64,000 nucleotides of DNA from Vicugna vicugna (taxonomy: Eukaryota). Where the stretch lies: assembly GCA_013265495.1 (NCBI GenBank), contig MU058423.1:2991061-3055060 (forward strand), in the 5' to 3' direction. Of this stretch, positions 12,040 through 23,880 are shown piece after piece. Positions within the stretch are counted from its first letter, which is position 1; each line of letters starts with the position of its first letter. The translations under genes were made by a program, and so were the position numbers. The notes under the pieces were generated by a model. It was not told where the DNA came from. It worked only from the letters and a program-made list of their open reading frames with translations, and did no database searches.

Positions 12040-12700
12040 GGCGGGGAGAACAGCCACGTAAGTCCCGGCTCCGCCCTCACCGTTTCCCCTTGTCCTGCAC
12101 TCCCATCCTCCAATCTGGGAATTGGCTCTCACCGTTCGTCATGGCGACTGGGCCTGGGCCTGGATAGGGGGTCCGGGGGCACCGGTGGTAGCGGCGAAGT
12201 CGGGATAACCCAGCTACCGCTTGACACTTCCCGATCCGGGCCGAGGCGACGGGGCAGGAGCCGTAGTACGCAGGCGCAAGGGCAGAGAGGCGAGCGCTGA
12301 ACGCAAATCAGAAGTGACTAGCAGATTGCCGAGCTAGGGAGCCTGCGTCGGGGGAGCTCGCGTGAATACGTGCGGGTAAGAAGAGCGCGATCCACGAGGC
12401 TTCTTGCGTGGCCATGGTAACCAAGTCCCGTTTGAGTGCCCCTGTAGAGTTAGTGCTGGGACATATCCTAACCTGCTCGCGTCGTTGTGTTTGAAAAGGT
12501 AAAGGCGTGCAGTTTTACACTTTACGCTGTGGCAGCTGCTCTGTGTGTGCGTTTTGGTGTGTCTGTAAGCTGCAGCCCACCTACAACGGAAAGGTCTCCG
12601 TCTGCAGCTTTCATTTAAGAGAACCCGGACTGCAGGGGTTAAGAGGCGGCATCTGCGGCCTCCGGACTGCCCTTGCTGCGCGGCTCGCTCTTACTCCTTA
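12040..12700. promoter_or_regulatory. CpG-island promoter of TMEM167B, with RFX X-box-like GTGGCCATGGTAAC at 12408-12421
   Basis: High GC and CpG density around exon 1; near-palindromic X-box match. Confidence 0.75.
12133..12142 (-). CDS. TMEM167B: TMEM167B exon 1 coding part (ATG ACG AAC G)
   Basis: Kozak GTCGCCATGA, donor G|GTGAGA, in CpG island. Confidence 0.9.
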
Positions 12701-15013
12701 GGGAAATCTGGATAGTTAGGCTGCGTCTGAACTTTCAAATGAAATTAGGAACATTATAACAAACAAGTCTCATATTTCATATGCTAAAGCTTCACGTTGT
12801 CGGGAAACGTTCAGAGAATTGCCTGTTTGTATAGATTTTTCTTTAAACTATTAGGATTGTCTCGAATATCTCCTGTGTTTAGTTAATGCGGGGATCACCT
12901 CGGCCACTTTGACCCGGAATCGGCGACATCGAGACAGCCCTTCTCACAACACTTCCACAACTTGGCGAAAGATATCGTCAGTTTAATGGTAGGGGCAGGG
13001 TGGAGGAGACATAGCCACAGATCCCGTTTTACACATTAAAATCTTTAATTGCACACAACTCGACCAGCTGCTTTATTAGAGTGCGGGCGAAAGTGCAACT
13101 GAGTTCTCCGAGGCTGAAATAAGGTTACTAGTCCGCAGTTGTTGTCAAGGTCCTAAAGGGACCCTCTACCCCTCTTGCTACAGTGCCATCTGCTGGCTAC
13201 AGCCGGCTTGGTTACGCAGAAGAACAGCTACCAAATAAAACTGGAGTGGAGAAGCCAGCCAAAAAAAAAAAAAAAAAAAACTCCGACGCAGGACAGGCCC
13301 CTTGCGAAAATATTCATAAATGCAGAAACCAACAAAAAACAATAAAAACTAAGGAAGCAGTAGAGGACAAAATAAGACAAAGCAAATAAATGCGTGCACG
13401 TACATAGACAAATCCTCCTGCCGGAAAGAACTGCTAAGGACAGAAATCACAGCTGAAAAACTGGGAAGAATGGTTAGTTGTCTCCTTACTAGTTCAAAGG
13501 ATAGCGCTAGTCCACAATATCCTACTGTTTCTTTTTTTTCCTTGTGTCTCTCTTTCTTCTTCTTCCTGCTTTTCCCACTCTAACATTTATTTCCTTCCTT
13601 TTTCCCACCACCATATTTTTCTTTCCCAGGTTTTAAAAGGTATTTTACCTTTTTTATTAAATAAAGTGAATCTCAGCAGATTTTTACTTCAAAATTAGTT
13701 GTACCAAGAATTTCATATTTTTAAAAATTCTATTCTGTTTTCTTCCTATAAAATTGGGTTATAATGGTTGCTCCTTTCTTGGGTTGTTGAAGGATTAAAT
13801 GAATTACTATTTACAATAGCTGGCATGAAGTAAGTTCTCCAATAACTGTTATCTTTTAGTGTTGTTGTTGATTTATTTAAAAAATATTTACTAGTGTCTA
13901 CTATGTGCTGGGCACTTTGCCAAGTTTTCAGAAATAGAGGAAAAAACGAGTCCCTGCCCTCAGGGAACAAACTATATTGGGGAAGATAGATGAATAAACA
14001 CATTTTAGTAGAGCACAGGCATTGTGTGTGTAAAGACATTACCTTTGATCTTCACAACTGTTTTGCAGAATATTTTTCCAGTGAGCAATCTGAGCTCAAA
14101 GAAGGCACATGGGTGAGATCACAGAGCTAGTCTGTCTGACTTCAAAGCTCCCTTCCCCTGTTATCACACTGCCTCAAATTAGGACGCTGTCCACTGATAC
14201 CGATCTTTGATGATTTTGTTCTAAGCATCAGTGTTTCTGTCATCCCGAAAAGCCCCATAGCCTCACGCCAAAGCCTGGGTCACTGGCTCTTGCAGCCCAA
14301 AAGCAAGGAATCAATAGAGCCCCACAGCCTGGAGACTCAATTCAGACAGTCCTTCCTCAGTTCATTTCAGCCTCCACTGGAGGACGGGCAGTTGTTGCCA
14401 AACGCCTGTCAGTCAAGAACAGTGGCCTGTTTGTTAGGCTTGTTGCAGTCCCTGTGGTGAACGCTCATCAGTCACGGGGACCATGACTATGGCATTCTGG
14501 TTTAACCAAAGAGTAAGTTCACTCCCAAAGGCACAGCTTGCAACAATAGCTTCATTTGAATCACAACATATTTGAAAAGGGATGTCAAAGAGGCATTAAT
14601 TTATGCTACAAATATTTGTTCCAGGACCCCTAAGTCTAAGGAATGTGCTAGCCTTTGGGAGCTCAAAGGTGAATGAGAAACACTTCGTATAGGAGACAGG
14701 CTGTGTGTATAAGTAATCAGAAAATACAATAGAAAGAAGTGTTGCAGGAAAATGAAAACTAAGTGCTGTGGGAGTGTAAGTACGTGCTTTCAGCCGGAGA
14801 GCTCAGGGAAAACTGGATGGAGGGGCAGACATTTTAGCTGGGCCCAAAAGTCATGTAGCATTTCAATAGAAAAGAAAGGTATTCTAGTGGGAAAGAGTAG
14901 TGTAATCAAAGGCTTGAAGATGGGAAAGTACAAGATAAGTTTGGGGTGTGGCACAGTCTTCCCTTCCTCCTTCACTGCCTAACTCCATTCATCTCTCAGG
15001 CCTTAGCTCAAAC

Positions 15014-15662
15014 TGTTGCCGGTAGGTGTAACTCTTTTCCAGGTTCTTGTCCCATCCCAGAACGAATTCAGAGACGAGACACAGTAGTTGAAAAAGTAAA
15101 GTGAGGATTTATTAAGGGATGGATAGTACATTCTCAAGGGGAGAGGGAATAGGCTCAGGTGAGCAGCTGTCCTGAGTGTTATTCATCAAGTTGGTTACAT
15201 AGGGTGTAAAAATTAATGGGCAGAATATACATTGGGGAGGGAAAGATCTGGGGTCGTATTCCCAGATTTTCATCCCAACTCTATCTTTCCAAAGGGAGGA
15301 GGGATTTTTGTCCTTATTTAGTCTAGATCGTAAGTGTCATGGCATTGGGGCATGATGGGTACTTTAATCTGCAAGGCTAATTTTATTGTAATGAGGGCAC
15401 AATGAGCAAAAGGTTACATTTGGACACTGGAAATTCCTGCCTTTTCTCATCTTCCTCGTTGGCCTCCAGGCTGCTTATCACCCCCAAAGTTGTGACTACT
15501 TATCAGTCTTGAGGTTCCTGCTTTTCTTTCTCTGCCCAGGGACCCCTGGTGCTTACATGATGTATACTTTCCTGTATTCGGCCCGTGTCTCTCCTTTCTG
15601 CCCAATTCCTGCCATTTGGCCTGCTTTCTCTGTTTGTATCTAGCTATCTGCCCGCTGTAACA
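15014..15662 (-). mobile_element. Solo ERV1-like LTR (649 bp)
   Basis: TG...CA termini, 4-bp TSD AAAC (15010-15013, 15663-15666), AATAAA on minus strand near 15108. Confidence 0.8.
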
Positions 15663-15681
15663 AAACCTCATTTGCTGAAGG

Positions 15682-16858
15682 TGAGACAGGAAGGGGGCAG
15701 GGCACAGCCATTCAAGGAGTGCCACAGCAATTAATAGCAAAATGGTGAAAGATTCAACTCCAAGTAGGCCTTGAGGCTCAGGATGATGAGAGATTTAACT
15801 TCTAGTAGATCTTGGGCTTCATTATATGCCTATTGTAATATATTAGCATGGTGAGTAACACGCCCACAGGCACAATGGCAGTCCCGTGGCTAGCCACAAA
15901 AGGTCCAAGAGTGGGAAATGGCCAACTTCCTGGGAATACTAGCCCCTTCCCTTTAGACTGGTCCTTCCACTTATTAGCATATGAAGCCACCAAGCCCATA
16001 AAAACCAGCAACACGGCGNNNNNNNNNNNNNNNNNNNNNNNNNNNNNNNNNNNNNNNNNNNNNNNNNNNNNNNNNNNNNNNNNNNNNNGGAATGTGTATT
16101 TTAATCTGAGCACCCAACCCCCACACCTCATGGCATTTCTCTTGCCTTTCAATGTGTCTCTCTGAATAAATCTACTTTCACTCAACTGTGGCTCACTCTT
16201 GAATTCTTTCCTACGCTAAGCCAAGGAACCATGAGACAGGAGGGAAGGGAGCAGGGCACAGCCACTCAAGGAATGACAGCAACAAAAATGGTGGAAGATT
16301 CACCTCCTAGTTGGCCTTGAGGATTAAGAGGTTTAACTTCTCGTAGACCTTGAGCTTCATTATATGCTCATAGTAACAGCGGGATCAAATAACATGCCCG
16401 CGGGCATCATGACAGCCCCAAGGCTAACTGCAAAAGGCCAAAGAATGGGTGGTGGCCCAATCCCTGGGAATCCCAGCCCCTTCCCCAGGGCAGTTGGATT
16501 GATCCCACCTGTAGGTGTGTGAAGCTACTGAGACCATAAAAAGTGACAACACAACGCCTAGTGGCCCTTTCCGCTCTCTTCTTCCTTTGGAGACAGCCCG
16601 CACTATGTCTATGGAGTGTGTACCTACATTTACTTTAGCCTGAGCATCCAGTTCCCACACCTGTTTCCTTGCCTTTCTCTTGCCTTACACTCTATGCAGT
16701 ATGCATCTCTCTAAATAAATCTACCTTAACTCAACGGTGGCTTGCACTTGAATTCTTTCCTGCGCCAAGGACCCACACTTGGCAGGGTACGTCCCAGGGG
16801 CTCAACCGAGACCTGGGACACAGCCCTCCTCATGCTCCACATCTGTTTTCCTGCATCA
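15682..16858 (+). mobile_element. Two tandem related ERV1-like LTRs (15682-16231 truncated, 16232-16858 complete)
   Basis: Both start TGAGACAGGA, share AATAAATCTAC and GAATTCTTTCCT motifs; TSD AAGG at 15678-15681 and 16859-16862. Confidence 0.8.
16019..16088. other. Assembly gap (about 70 N)
   Basis: Run of N characters. Confidence 0.95.
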
Positions 16859-17130
16859 AAGGGAGGCTTCTCTGACCTTCTTGTGTTCCTTTCCCCATCA
16901 TAAGCTTCCGGAGCATACAATATCTATTTCGCTCATATCCCCCTGCTACATTCTTGAACCTGGGGCTTGTATTTATGTTGTCATTTTATCCACAGTCACA
17001 TAGCAAGTGCTGAACATCTTACAAGTGCTTGATAAGTATTTGTTGCGTGAATAATTGAAGTCGCCTCGTGGAACTGGATTATAGAGTTCATGAAGGTAAT
17101 GCTGATAAGCAACTTCTTGTAGTAGGTATT

Positions 17131-17198
17131 TATTGAAAAAAATCCACGTATAAATGGACCCACACAATTCAAACCTATGTTGTTCAAGGGTCAGCTGT
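17131..17198 (+). mobile_element. Tigger2/MER8-like DNA transposon terminal fragment
   Basis: tggacccacacaattcaaacctatgttgttcaagggtcagctg followed by TA, resembling recalled TcMar-Tigger end. Confidence 0.65.
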
Positions 17199-18467
17199 AT
17201 ACTCTCCTCCTCCTCCTCTCTTTCTTCCTCCTCTTCATTTTTCTTCTATCTTTTGCTGCTTCTTGGACCATTTCTTATCTCTCTATCCCTTGACGGACTG
17301 TTTCTGAGGATCTGCCCTTTGCCTCCTTCCCTCACTTTTGTTCCTGTGTGGTTTTTAAGCTTGCCCTTGTGTTGATGTCTCCCTTGCCATTTTCTCTAGT
17401 CCTGATTTCTCTGGATTTTCCAGACTTCCATCTGTCTACAGGACATCTCCAGACTCTCAAACTCAGACTGAACTCATTTCCTTCCTCCCCAGTTCCTTTT
17501 CCAGTTCATATTAATAGCATTCCATCTGGATATAAACCTCTCTCTCCACAGCTCTCAGATTAATTCAGGCAAAAAATTCTGTGAATTCTACTCCTAAAGT
17601 TCCTTAGTCTTAATTCAGGTTCCAGCCATCTCTCATCCTAGGTGGTCTCCCTGCTAAAGTGATCTTTCTTTAAAAGTTGGGTCATGTGACTCTTCAGCCT
17701 AAAGACCTCCCAGGAACTCTGCACTTTGAAGGAAGTTCAGTCTCTGAAGAAAACATTCAAGGCCTTTCATACTGGAACTTAAGTTTCCTTCCAGCCTCAT
17801 TTCCTGCGTCTGCACTCAACAAACTTGGCTCTGGCAACCCACCTGAAACAGCTTGTAGAAGCACAGTATGATTTTCACTCTCCAGGCTTCATTTCTGCTC
17901 TGCTCACAACACTGTATTTTTTTCCCCATTATATTTTGGATCTCAGGTTCAGAATGTTGACTTATTCACACTGCATGGGTCATGACATACTATTGTAATT
18001 GACCGTTCCCAGGTCCTTCACTTGTTACGTTTCTATGCATTCCCTTTATCCCTATTTTCATTTCTCCTACCCTGGAACCTTTCTAATGTATTTGATGTCT
18101 ATGCTTTTTTATATGTTCCTGTAAAATATGTTTCTTGTGTGTATGTATTTTGTTATAGATCTCATTGTGTTTCTTCTTTTTAAATTTAGCACTATGTTTC
18201 TATGCTCTATCCACGTTGCTAGTCTGTTGCTTCTCATTGCTGCGTAGTACTCCTTGGTATACACTCAGTACATTTTACCTCTCCATTCCCCTGATAATGG
18301 ACACTGAATATTTTATACCTGATCCCCTGGACAAGGCCAGTGTTTCATCACTACCTAACATAGAAGTTCTCAATCCTTTCAGACCCAACAATCCTCCTTA
18401 AATAACAAATATATTATAATGGCTGCTTTATTATTTTGCAATGAAATTCACAAGTAATATAACCTAC

Positions 18468-19050
18468 TATGGTAGGCAGATTCTCAGGTAGCCCCCAGTG
18501 ATGTCTACCTCCTGGTATTTCCATCCTTGTGTAATCCTCTCTTCTTGAGTGTGGGCTGCACTCGCTGACTTCTGGTGAATAGCATAGGGCAGAAGTGATA
18601 GATGTCATTCCTAAGGTTAGGTTACAAAAAAAACAAAAAACAAAACTGTGGTCTGGGATGTTCTTTCTACTTCTCTCCCTCATCTGTTCTGACAAAGTCA
18701 GCTGCCATGTTGTAAGCTGCCCTATGAAGAGGATTGTGGCAAGGAATGGAGGGAGGCCTCTGGCAAGAGCCAGTGAAGGACTGAGGTCCTTAAACTAACA
18801 ACAGGAACTAACTGAATCCTGCTGACAACAATGTGAGTGATATGGGAAGTGGATCCTTTCCCATCAATACCACAGATGAGATTTAGGCCCAACCAACACC
18901 CAGATTGCAACATAAGGGAGCTTGAGCCAGAGATACCCAGCTAAACAGTACCCAGATTCCTGACCCACAGAAACTGTGTGATAAATGTTAGCTACTTTAA
19001 ACCACTAAGTTTGGGGATAACTTGTTACACAGTAATAAATAACTAATACA
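18468..19050 (+). mobile_element. MaLR LTR (MLT1F-like)
   Basis: Start tatggtaggcag, end aactaataca, imperfect 5-bp TSD cctac/cctaa. Confidence 0.75.
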
Positions 19051-19949
19051 CCTAACTACCCCTATAATTAAAAAATGTAATGTCCCGACTGTAATATAAA
19101 GGTAAAATAAATACAATAAATTAAATGTGTTTCAATATGTAAATGCTCAGGCATGACTGCACTAGAGGGTGTAATGATTTCAGAGGCTTGCATCTATATG
19201 TAGAGTCACCATGAATGCAGGCGCTACAAATGCAGACTGACTCTAGTGAGTATTGGCTACTGAAATTGTTACAAGTGATATGGCTTTTCATGACATTATT
19301 TCCTGAAATGGCTCACAGCCGTTGGTACATTGCAAACAAAACAAAGAACTATAACTCTCAAATTACAGGGTAGTTGCTGTTTTGGGAAAACACTACCAGT
19401 TCTTTCCTTCCTGTGTATCTTTCTCCCTTACTTTCACACAGAACCCTTCACTTATGACACTTCTGGTGACCAAATATGTGGGTTTTTTCCCCACACCAAA
19501 CAATTCTACACCACCAGCTGGGTGTCCTACAATTTAACTCAATGCTGACGTTATTTACCTGGAGACAGTGTCAGATCCCACTAATTAAGGGCTTAGTCCC
19601 ACAAGACTGCCCCCGACTTTAGAAGCCAATTACAAGTAGTAAGTTCCCCAGGTTATCCACGACTTCTGTCCGACTTCGCTGCAAATCAGAGGTTCCCATG
19701 ACCTCCTCCCCTTTGGATTTGGTTATTTCCTAGAAGAGCTCACAAAACTCAGGGAAACATGTTTACCAGTTTATTAAAGAGTATGATAAAGGAGCCAGAT
19801 GAAAAGACACGTAGGGCAAGGTCTGGGAGGGTTCTGAGCATGGAGCTTCTGCTTCCACGAAGTTGGGGTGCATTAACCCTCCAGGTAAGTGGATGTGTTC
19901 CCCAACCTGGAAGCTCTCTGAACCCCCTACTACTGGAATTGTTATGTCT

Positions 19950-20460
19950 TGTGTTGAGGTGGGAAGCCCCATAAAAAGACCAGCAGGACCCCCAGGCAGG
20001 GCCACTTACTACTCTCCTGCCAGCACCATCTGGTTCCCTGGCCCAGAGGCTCTATCTCACTTTTTGCCTCTGAAACTGCTTACTTACCCCTAAAATTCTA
20101 CGGGTTCCCTGAGCTCACTCCTGATTGGTTATTTCCTTCACTCCTGATTGGTCCTAACATCTGATTGGTCCTTTTGTAGTACTTCATTTGCATGGAGCTC
20201 ACTCCTGATTGGCCCATTTCTACAAAATTTGTTCCTAAATAGTCAACTTTTGTTATACCTTATGATGTTGCAAAGTGTAAACTGGCAGCCTATAAAAGCC
20301 TGTGTAAACCTATAGCTGGGGTCCAGAGCTTGGAGTGTTAACTCCTCTGGGCCCACTGGCGTAATAAACCTGAGTTCTCCAACCGTCCCAGTGCTGTTGG
20401 GTCTTTCGCCCGGATCCAGTTTGCTGTCATAACTGAGCTGTAAAACCAAGCTGTAACACA
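19950..20460 (+). mobile_element. Younger solo LTR nested in the MER21-like LTR
   Basis: TGTGTT...AACACA inverted termini, CCAAT array, TATAAAA 20291-20297, AATAAA 20363-20368; TSD ambiguous. Confidence 0.75.
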
Positions 20461-20720
20461 TCTTTTCTGCAACATTTCAGTTATGATCAGGGATTGGCTC
20501 CATTTCCAGTCCCCCTCTCCTCTCTGGAGAATTGGTTGGGGAGGTGGGGTTGGGGGGCAGGAAGAGGGCTGAAAGTTCCAAGCTTTTAATCATAGCTTGT
20601 CTTTCTGGTGACCAGCCCCCATCCAGGAGCCATCCAGGAGCCCAGCCAGAGTTGCCTCATGAGAACAAAAGATGCTGCTAGTGCTCTTATCACTTAGGAA
20701 TTTGCAAGAGTTTTAGTAAT

Positions 20721-20723
<3 letters not shown>

Positions 20724-20753
<30 letters not shown>
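20724..20753. repeat. (TG)n microsatellite
   Basis: Direct observation. Confidence 0.95.
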
Positions 20754-20754
<1 letters not shown>

Positions 20755-21459
20755 GAGGGGGTATGGGGTGGATGTCAAAGACCAGATATTAGAACAGGAG
20801 ATACTCCTAGTGCTCTTATCAGTTAGCAAATTATAAGGGTTTTAGGAACCTGTGCCAGGAAGGGGTGGGGATAGGGGTGGGGATAGTGGTGGGGACCAAT
20901 ATATGTACTTTCTATCTTACAGTTGCATTCCTAGAAAATTCAACGTACCTTAAAGCATACAAAAATGCTTTATGTTTGTAAGTTAACAAAGTTATGTTCT
21001 AGGCCCAGATAATTATGAGTAGATTTTTCACTCACAGGAATGTTTAGTAGGACACTCAGAGATCGTGTATCGTGGGGCAACCTTTCTCTATGTGGCATCA
21101 TTTCTTGCATTGCAGAACACCTTACATCCCAAGCTTTGGCCTAATGTCGGTGGTTTTTCCTAATCATTGTTCTGATTAAAAGCAACAAACCAAAACAAAC
21201 CAATAACACCCACAAAAATTAAATCCCCAATCTAAGGGGAACTGCTAGTGAAGTACAATATCCCCAATAACCAATACAGAGCTTGGCAATAAATAGTAGA
21301 ACTCTAGGCTGTTGAAATTGTTTAAATACATCCCTGGCTAGTCCCTCAGTGATGCACAGCTTCGCAGTCCCGAATCAGGAAGCGTGATCCGATACGCAGA
21401 AGCAAATTCAGGGTGACAACGAGTCATCCACCTTTTCTTGGCTAATTTTTAATTCCTTC

Positions 21460-21780
21460 TCGCCCAGACGTCGTCCTTCCCTTTCTAAGTACTGCCGGGG
21501 TTCTGCCGCTAGGCGGGATGCGCACGCTCCTCTCCCGCCGGCGCGGCCTCCGGCCCCCGCCCCCGCCCCGCCCCGCCCCGGCGCGCGCCGCCGGAAGTGA
21601 CGCAGAGGAAGTAGTAAAACCAGCTCGCGGGGAAGGGGGTGGCCGCAGGAGGTGGCTGGCTGATGGGATGGCAGATGAGGAAGAAGACCCCACCGTGAGT
21701 GACCACCTCTGTTCCAGCCCGCTTTTTCCCGTACTCCCTCCGGCACAGTAGCGGTGGCCGAGTTCAGAATCGGATCTTTT
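21460..21780 (+). promoter_or_regulatory. TAF13 CpG-island promoter: tandem GC boxes (21554-21580), ETS-CRE composite CCGGAAGTGACGCA (21591-21604), NRF1-like ATGCGCACGC (21518-21527)
   Basis: Motifs read directly upstream of the ATG. Confidence 0.8.
21668..21694 (+). CDS. TAF13: TAF13 exon 1 coding part (MADEEEDPT)
   Basis: gggATGG start, ACC|gtgagt donor. Confidence 0.95.
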
Positions 21781-22502
21781 TCCTAGTGAATTCAGCCGAG
21801 AGACTCAAAGACTTCACCCCGAGCTAGCCTTTCCCTTGGGATTCATCTTTTACTACGCGGTGCAGGGCGTGAAGGAAGAGAAGGAGGGTGACCTCCTGCT
21901 CTTTGATTTTGGTCCGCATTTGCCACCCTTTGGAACACCTAGAGAATCATTGGAGGACAAAGCCGTTAGCGCTCATTATGAACCAACAATTCAACTGCTA
22001 CCAAAATTATATACTTATTGTGAAATAGTCAAAAAATAATGGACCGAAAGTCGGGGAACATGGATTTCAAAATCTTTGTTTGTGAGGAAGTTGTTTAATC
22101 TTGAGCCTGTTTTCATGTCATAAAATGGGGTTAAGTCTTACTTGAGGGAAGCAGTGCTTAGTAAATACTAGTTTTGCTTACCTTGATTCAATATCAACTC
22201 TTTTAATAGTAAAATTATCTAGAAATAGGCCAGCTTAGTTGGTTAAAAAAGAGAACATATAGTCATTGGAACCCTTCCAGGAGAGGCAGTACGTTTGTTA
22301 GGGACATTGTAAAAGCCATTCCTGCATGAGTCCAAAGTTGGATAGTTTCTTAAGGCCCCTAAAATGCTAAGGTTTCATGGTTTTTCGCTGCTTGCTTTAG
22401 GCTTTCTGGCATGGTATCAGTGTTGAAGATGGAAAAAAATGTTAAATACTAGAAAGTTAAATGCAGTGCTTAACGTTTCTATACATACATCTTAACTTGT
22501 AG

Positions 22503-22581
22503 TTTGAAGAAGAAAATGAAGAAATTGGAGGAGGTGCAGAAGGTGGACAGGGTAAAAGAAAGAGACTTTTTTCTAAAGAAT
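22503..22581 (+). CDS. TAF13: TAF13 exon 2 (FEEENEEIGGGAEGGQGKRKRLFSKE)
   Basis: ttgtag acceptor, T|gtaagt donor. Confidence 0.95.
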
Positions 22582-22731
22582 GTAAGTAGTATTTGACAGT
22601 GATTTTACTATAGATAAAAACTTTTGGATATGTCCATTCAAAGGAGATTTATTGTTCAATATTCTCAGACTTGCCTATAAATTGTTTAACCTGTGATGCA
22701 TAGATAATAATGATCCTAACCCCAGTTTATA

Positions 22732-22756
22732 TGTGTGTGTGTGTGTGTGTGTGTGT
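22732..22756. repeat. (TG)n microsatellite
   Basis: Direct observation. Confidence 0.9.
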
Positions 22757-23441
22757 ATACCTTTGCAGCAGGGACTCACTTGACTGTAAGCCAGAGGCTA
22801 TATTGGATCCTGGAACAGATGCTGAGGATAAAAATTAAGTTGGGGCTTTGGACTAAAGCAGTGCATGAGGCAGAAGGGGCAACAACGTGAGGCAGTCTAA
22901 TGGCACAGAGATTATAAGGTTTTGGTTCTCTTTTCTTCTCCCTCAGTAGACAGGTTTGACTCTTTTTTGGCAGCAACAAGAAGGAGAGCTGCCGCTACTA
23001 CTGATGATCCAGGTGGGCCCCTGAAAGGCACCATGAGAATGTGCTCTCCACCTCTCAGTCTTGGTCCTTTACATATAGTATTGGTGAGATGACACATGAA
23101 TACCTGGTTTGTTTATGCTGGTTCAGATGGAAGCATTCCCAAATGCTCTTGTAACTGCAGAGTCAGGATGTCTTTTTTTTTTTTTTTAACCATTCAGATC
23201 CCTTGCCATACCTCAATTTCTCACCTAAAGTTGTTCACCCCTTATTCCATTTCTGATGCTTTTTGCTCCATTCGTGTGTGGTTTTATTTCTTATGTCAGC
23301 ATAAGAAGGGGATTCTTCCGCTAGAGCATCGCAGAGTGATGCTCACATAGTCAGTTCTTACCAGGAGCCTTTGTTCTGCTTGGATGGCTTTAATTTTGTG
23401 ATGACAAGAATTCAGAATCTTCATAGCCTTCTCCTTGTCTT

Positions 23442-23880
23442 TTTTTTGTGTGTGTGACTGTTACAATAGTTTATTTAACAAAAAAAAAGTTCAATAAGAA
23501 AATGTACACGACCCAATTTTTATCACAGTAAGATGTGAGGAGGGAACATGTGGAAGCAGCTGATTTCTCTGGTAGACACAGTCATTGTTCATACTCGTTC
23601 CAAGGCTTCTAACACGGTGATACTATGTCCTCGTATTACCACCTTTCCAGTGTTATTCCGTTGCCCACTAGTTGCCATCTCCACACATTTATCTATCACA
23701 AGAGTCATAAAGGGGTTAAGTCCCCGCAATATTCCTTGGTCATGTCTGCCACCATTTAATTTCAGTGATAACTTCTTGTCCATACATTTCTTCACCTCGG
23801 GAGGGTGAGCTTTGCTCATGATTGCCACTTGGTGAGCTCGAAGATGCCTCCAAACAGAATTCATGCCACACCTCACACTC
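23442..23880 (-). pseudogene. SNRPG: SNRPG (Sm-G) processed retrocopy in TAF13 intron 2; 76-aa ORF at 23589-23819
   Basis: Intronless [14 protein letters not shown]...LEALERV, AATAAA at 23470-23475 (minus), degraded poly(A), 16-bp TSD GCCTTCTCCTTGTCTT at 23426-23441 and 23881-23896. Confidence 0.93.

Larger units (their letters stand above)
19378..20921. mobile_element. MER21-like LTR, interrupted by a younger LTR
   Basis: TG...CA ends, 5-bp TSD GTTGC (19373-19377, 20922-20926), recalled motif cagatcccac...agtcccacaagactgcccc. Confidence 0.75.
18361..21246. mobile_element. hAT/Charlie-like DNA transposon relic interrupted by LTR insertions
   Basis: Degenerate gttctcaa...ggggaactg termini; MER20-like segments at 20925-21246; host sequence resumes after each TSD. 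Confidence 0.45.

Noticed and set aside
11678..12300. ORFs around TMEM167B exon 1
   Set aside because: CpG-island artefacts; true coding part is 10 nt
14192..14233. Stem CACTGAT/ATCAGTG enclosing TGATGA
   Set aside because: No correctly placed box D, too short and intergenic; not a credible snoRNA
21518..21751. 77-aa ORF extending TAF13 N-terminally
   Set aside because: Upstream ATG lies before the GC-box/ETS promoter elements, probably outside the mRNA, and the ORF reads into intron 1
23820..23876. N-terminal extension of the SNRPG retrocopy ORF
   Set aside because: Begins at GTG in the retrocopied 5' UTR; homology starts at the ATG at 23819
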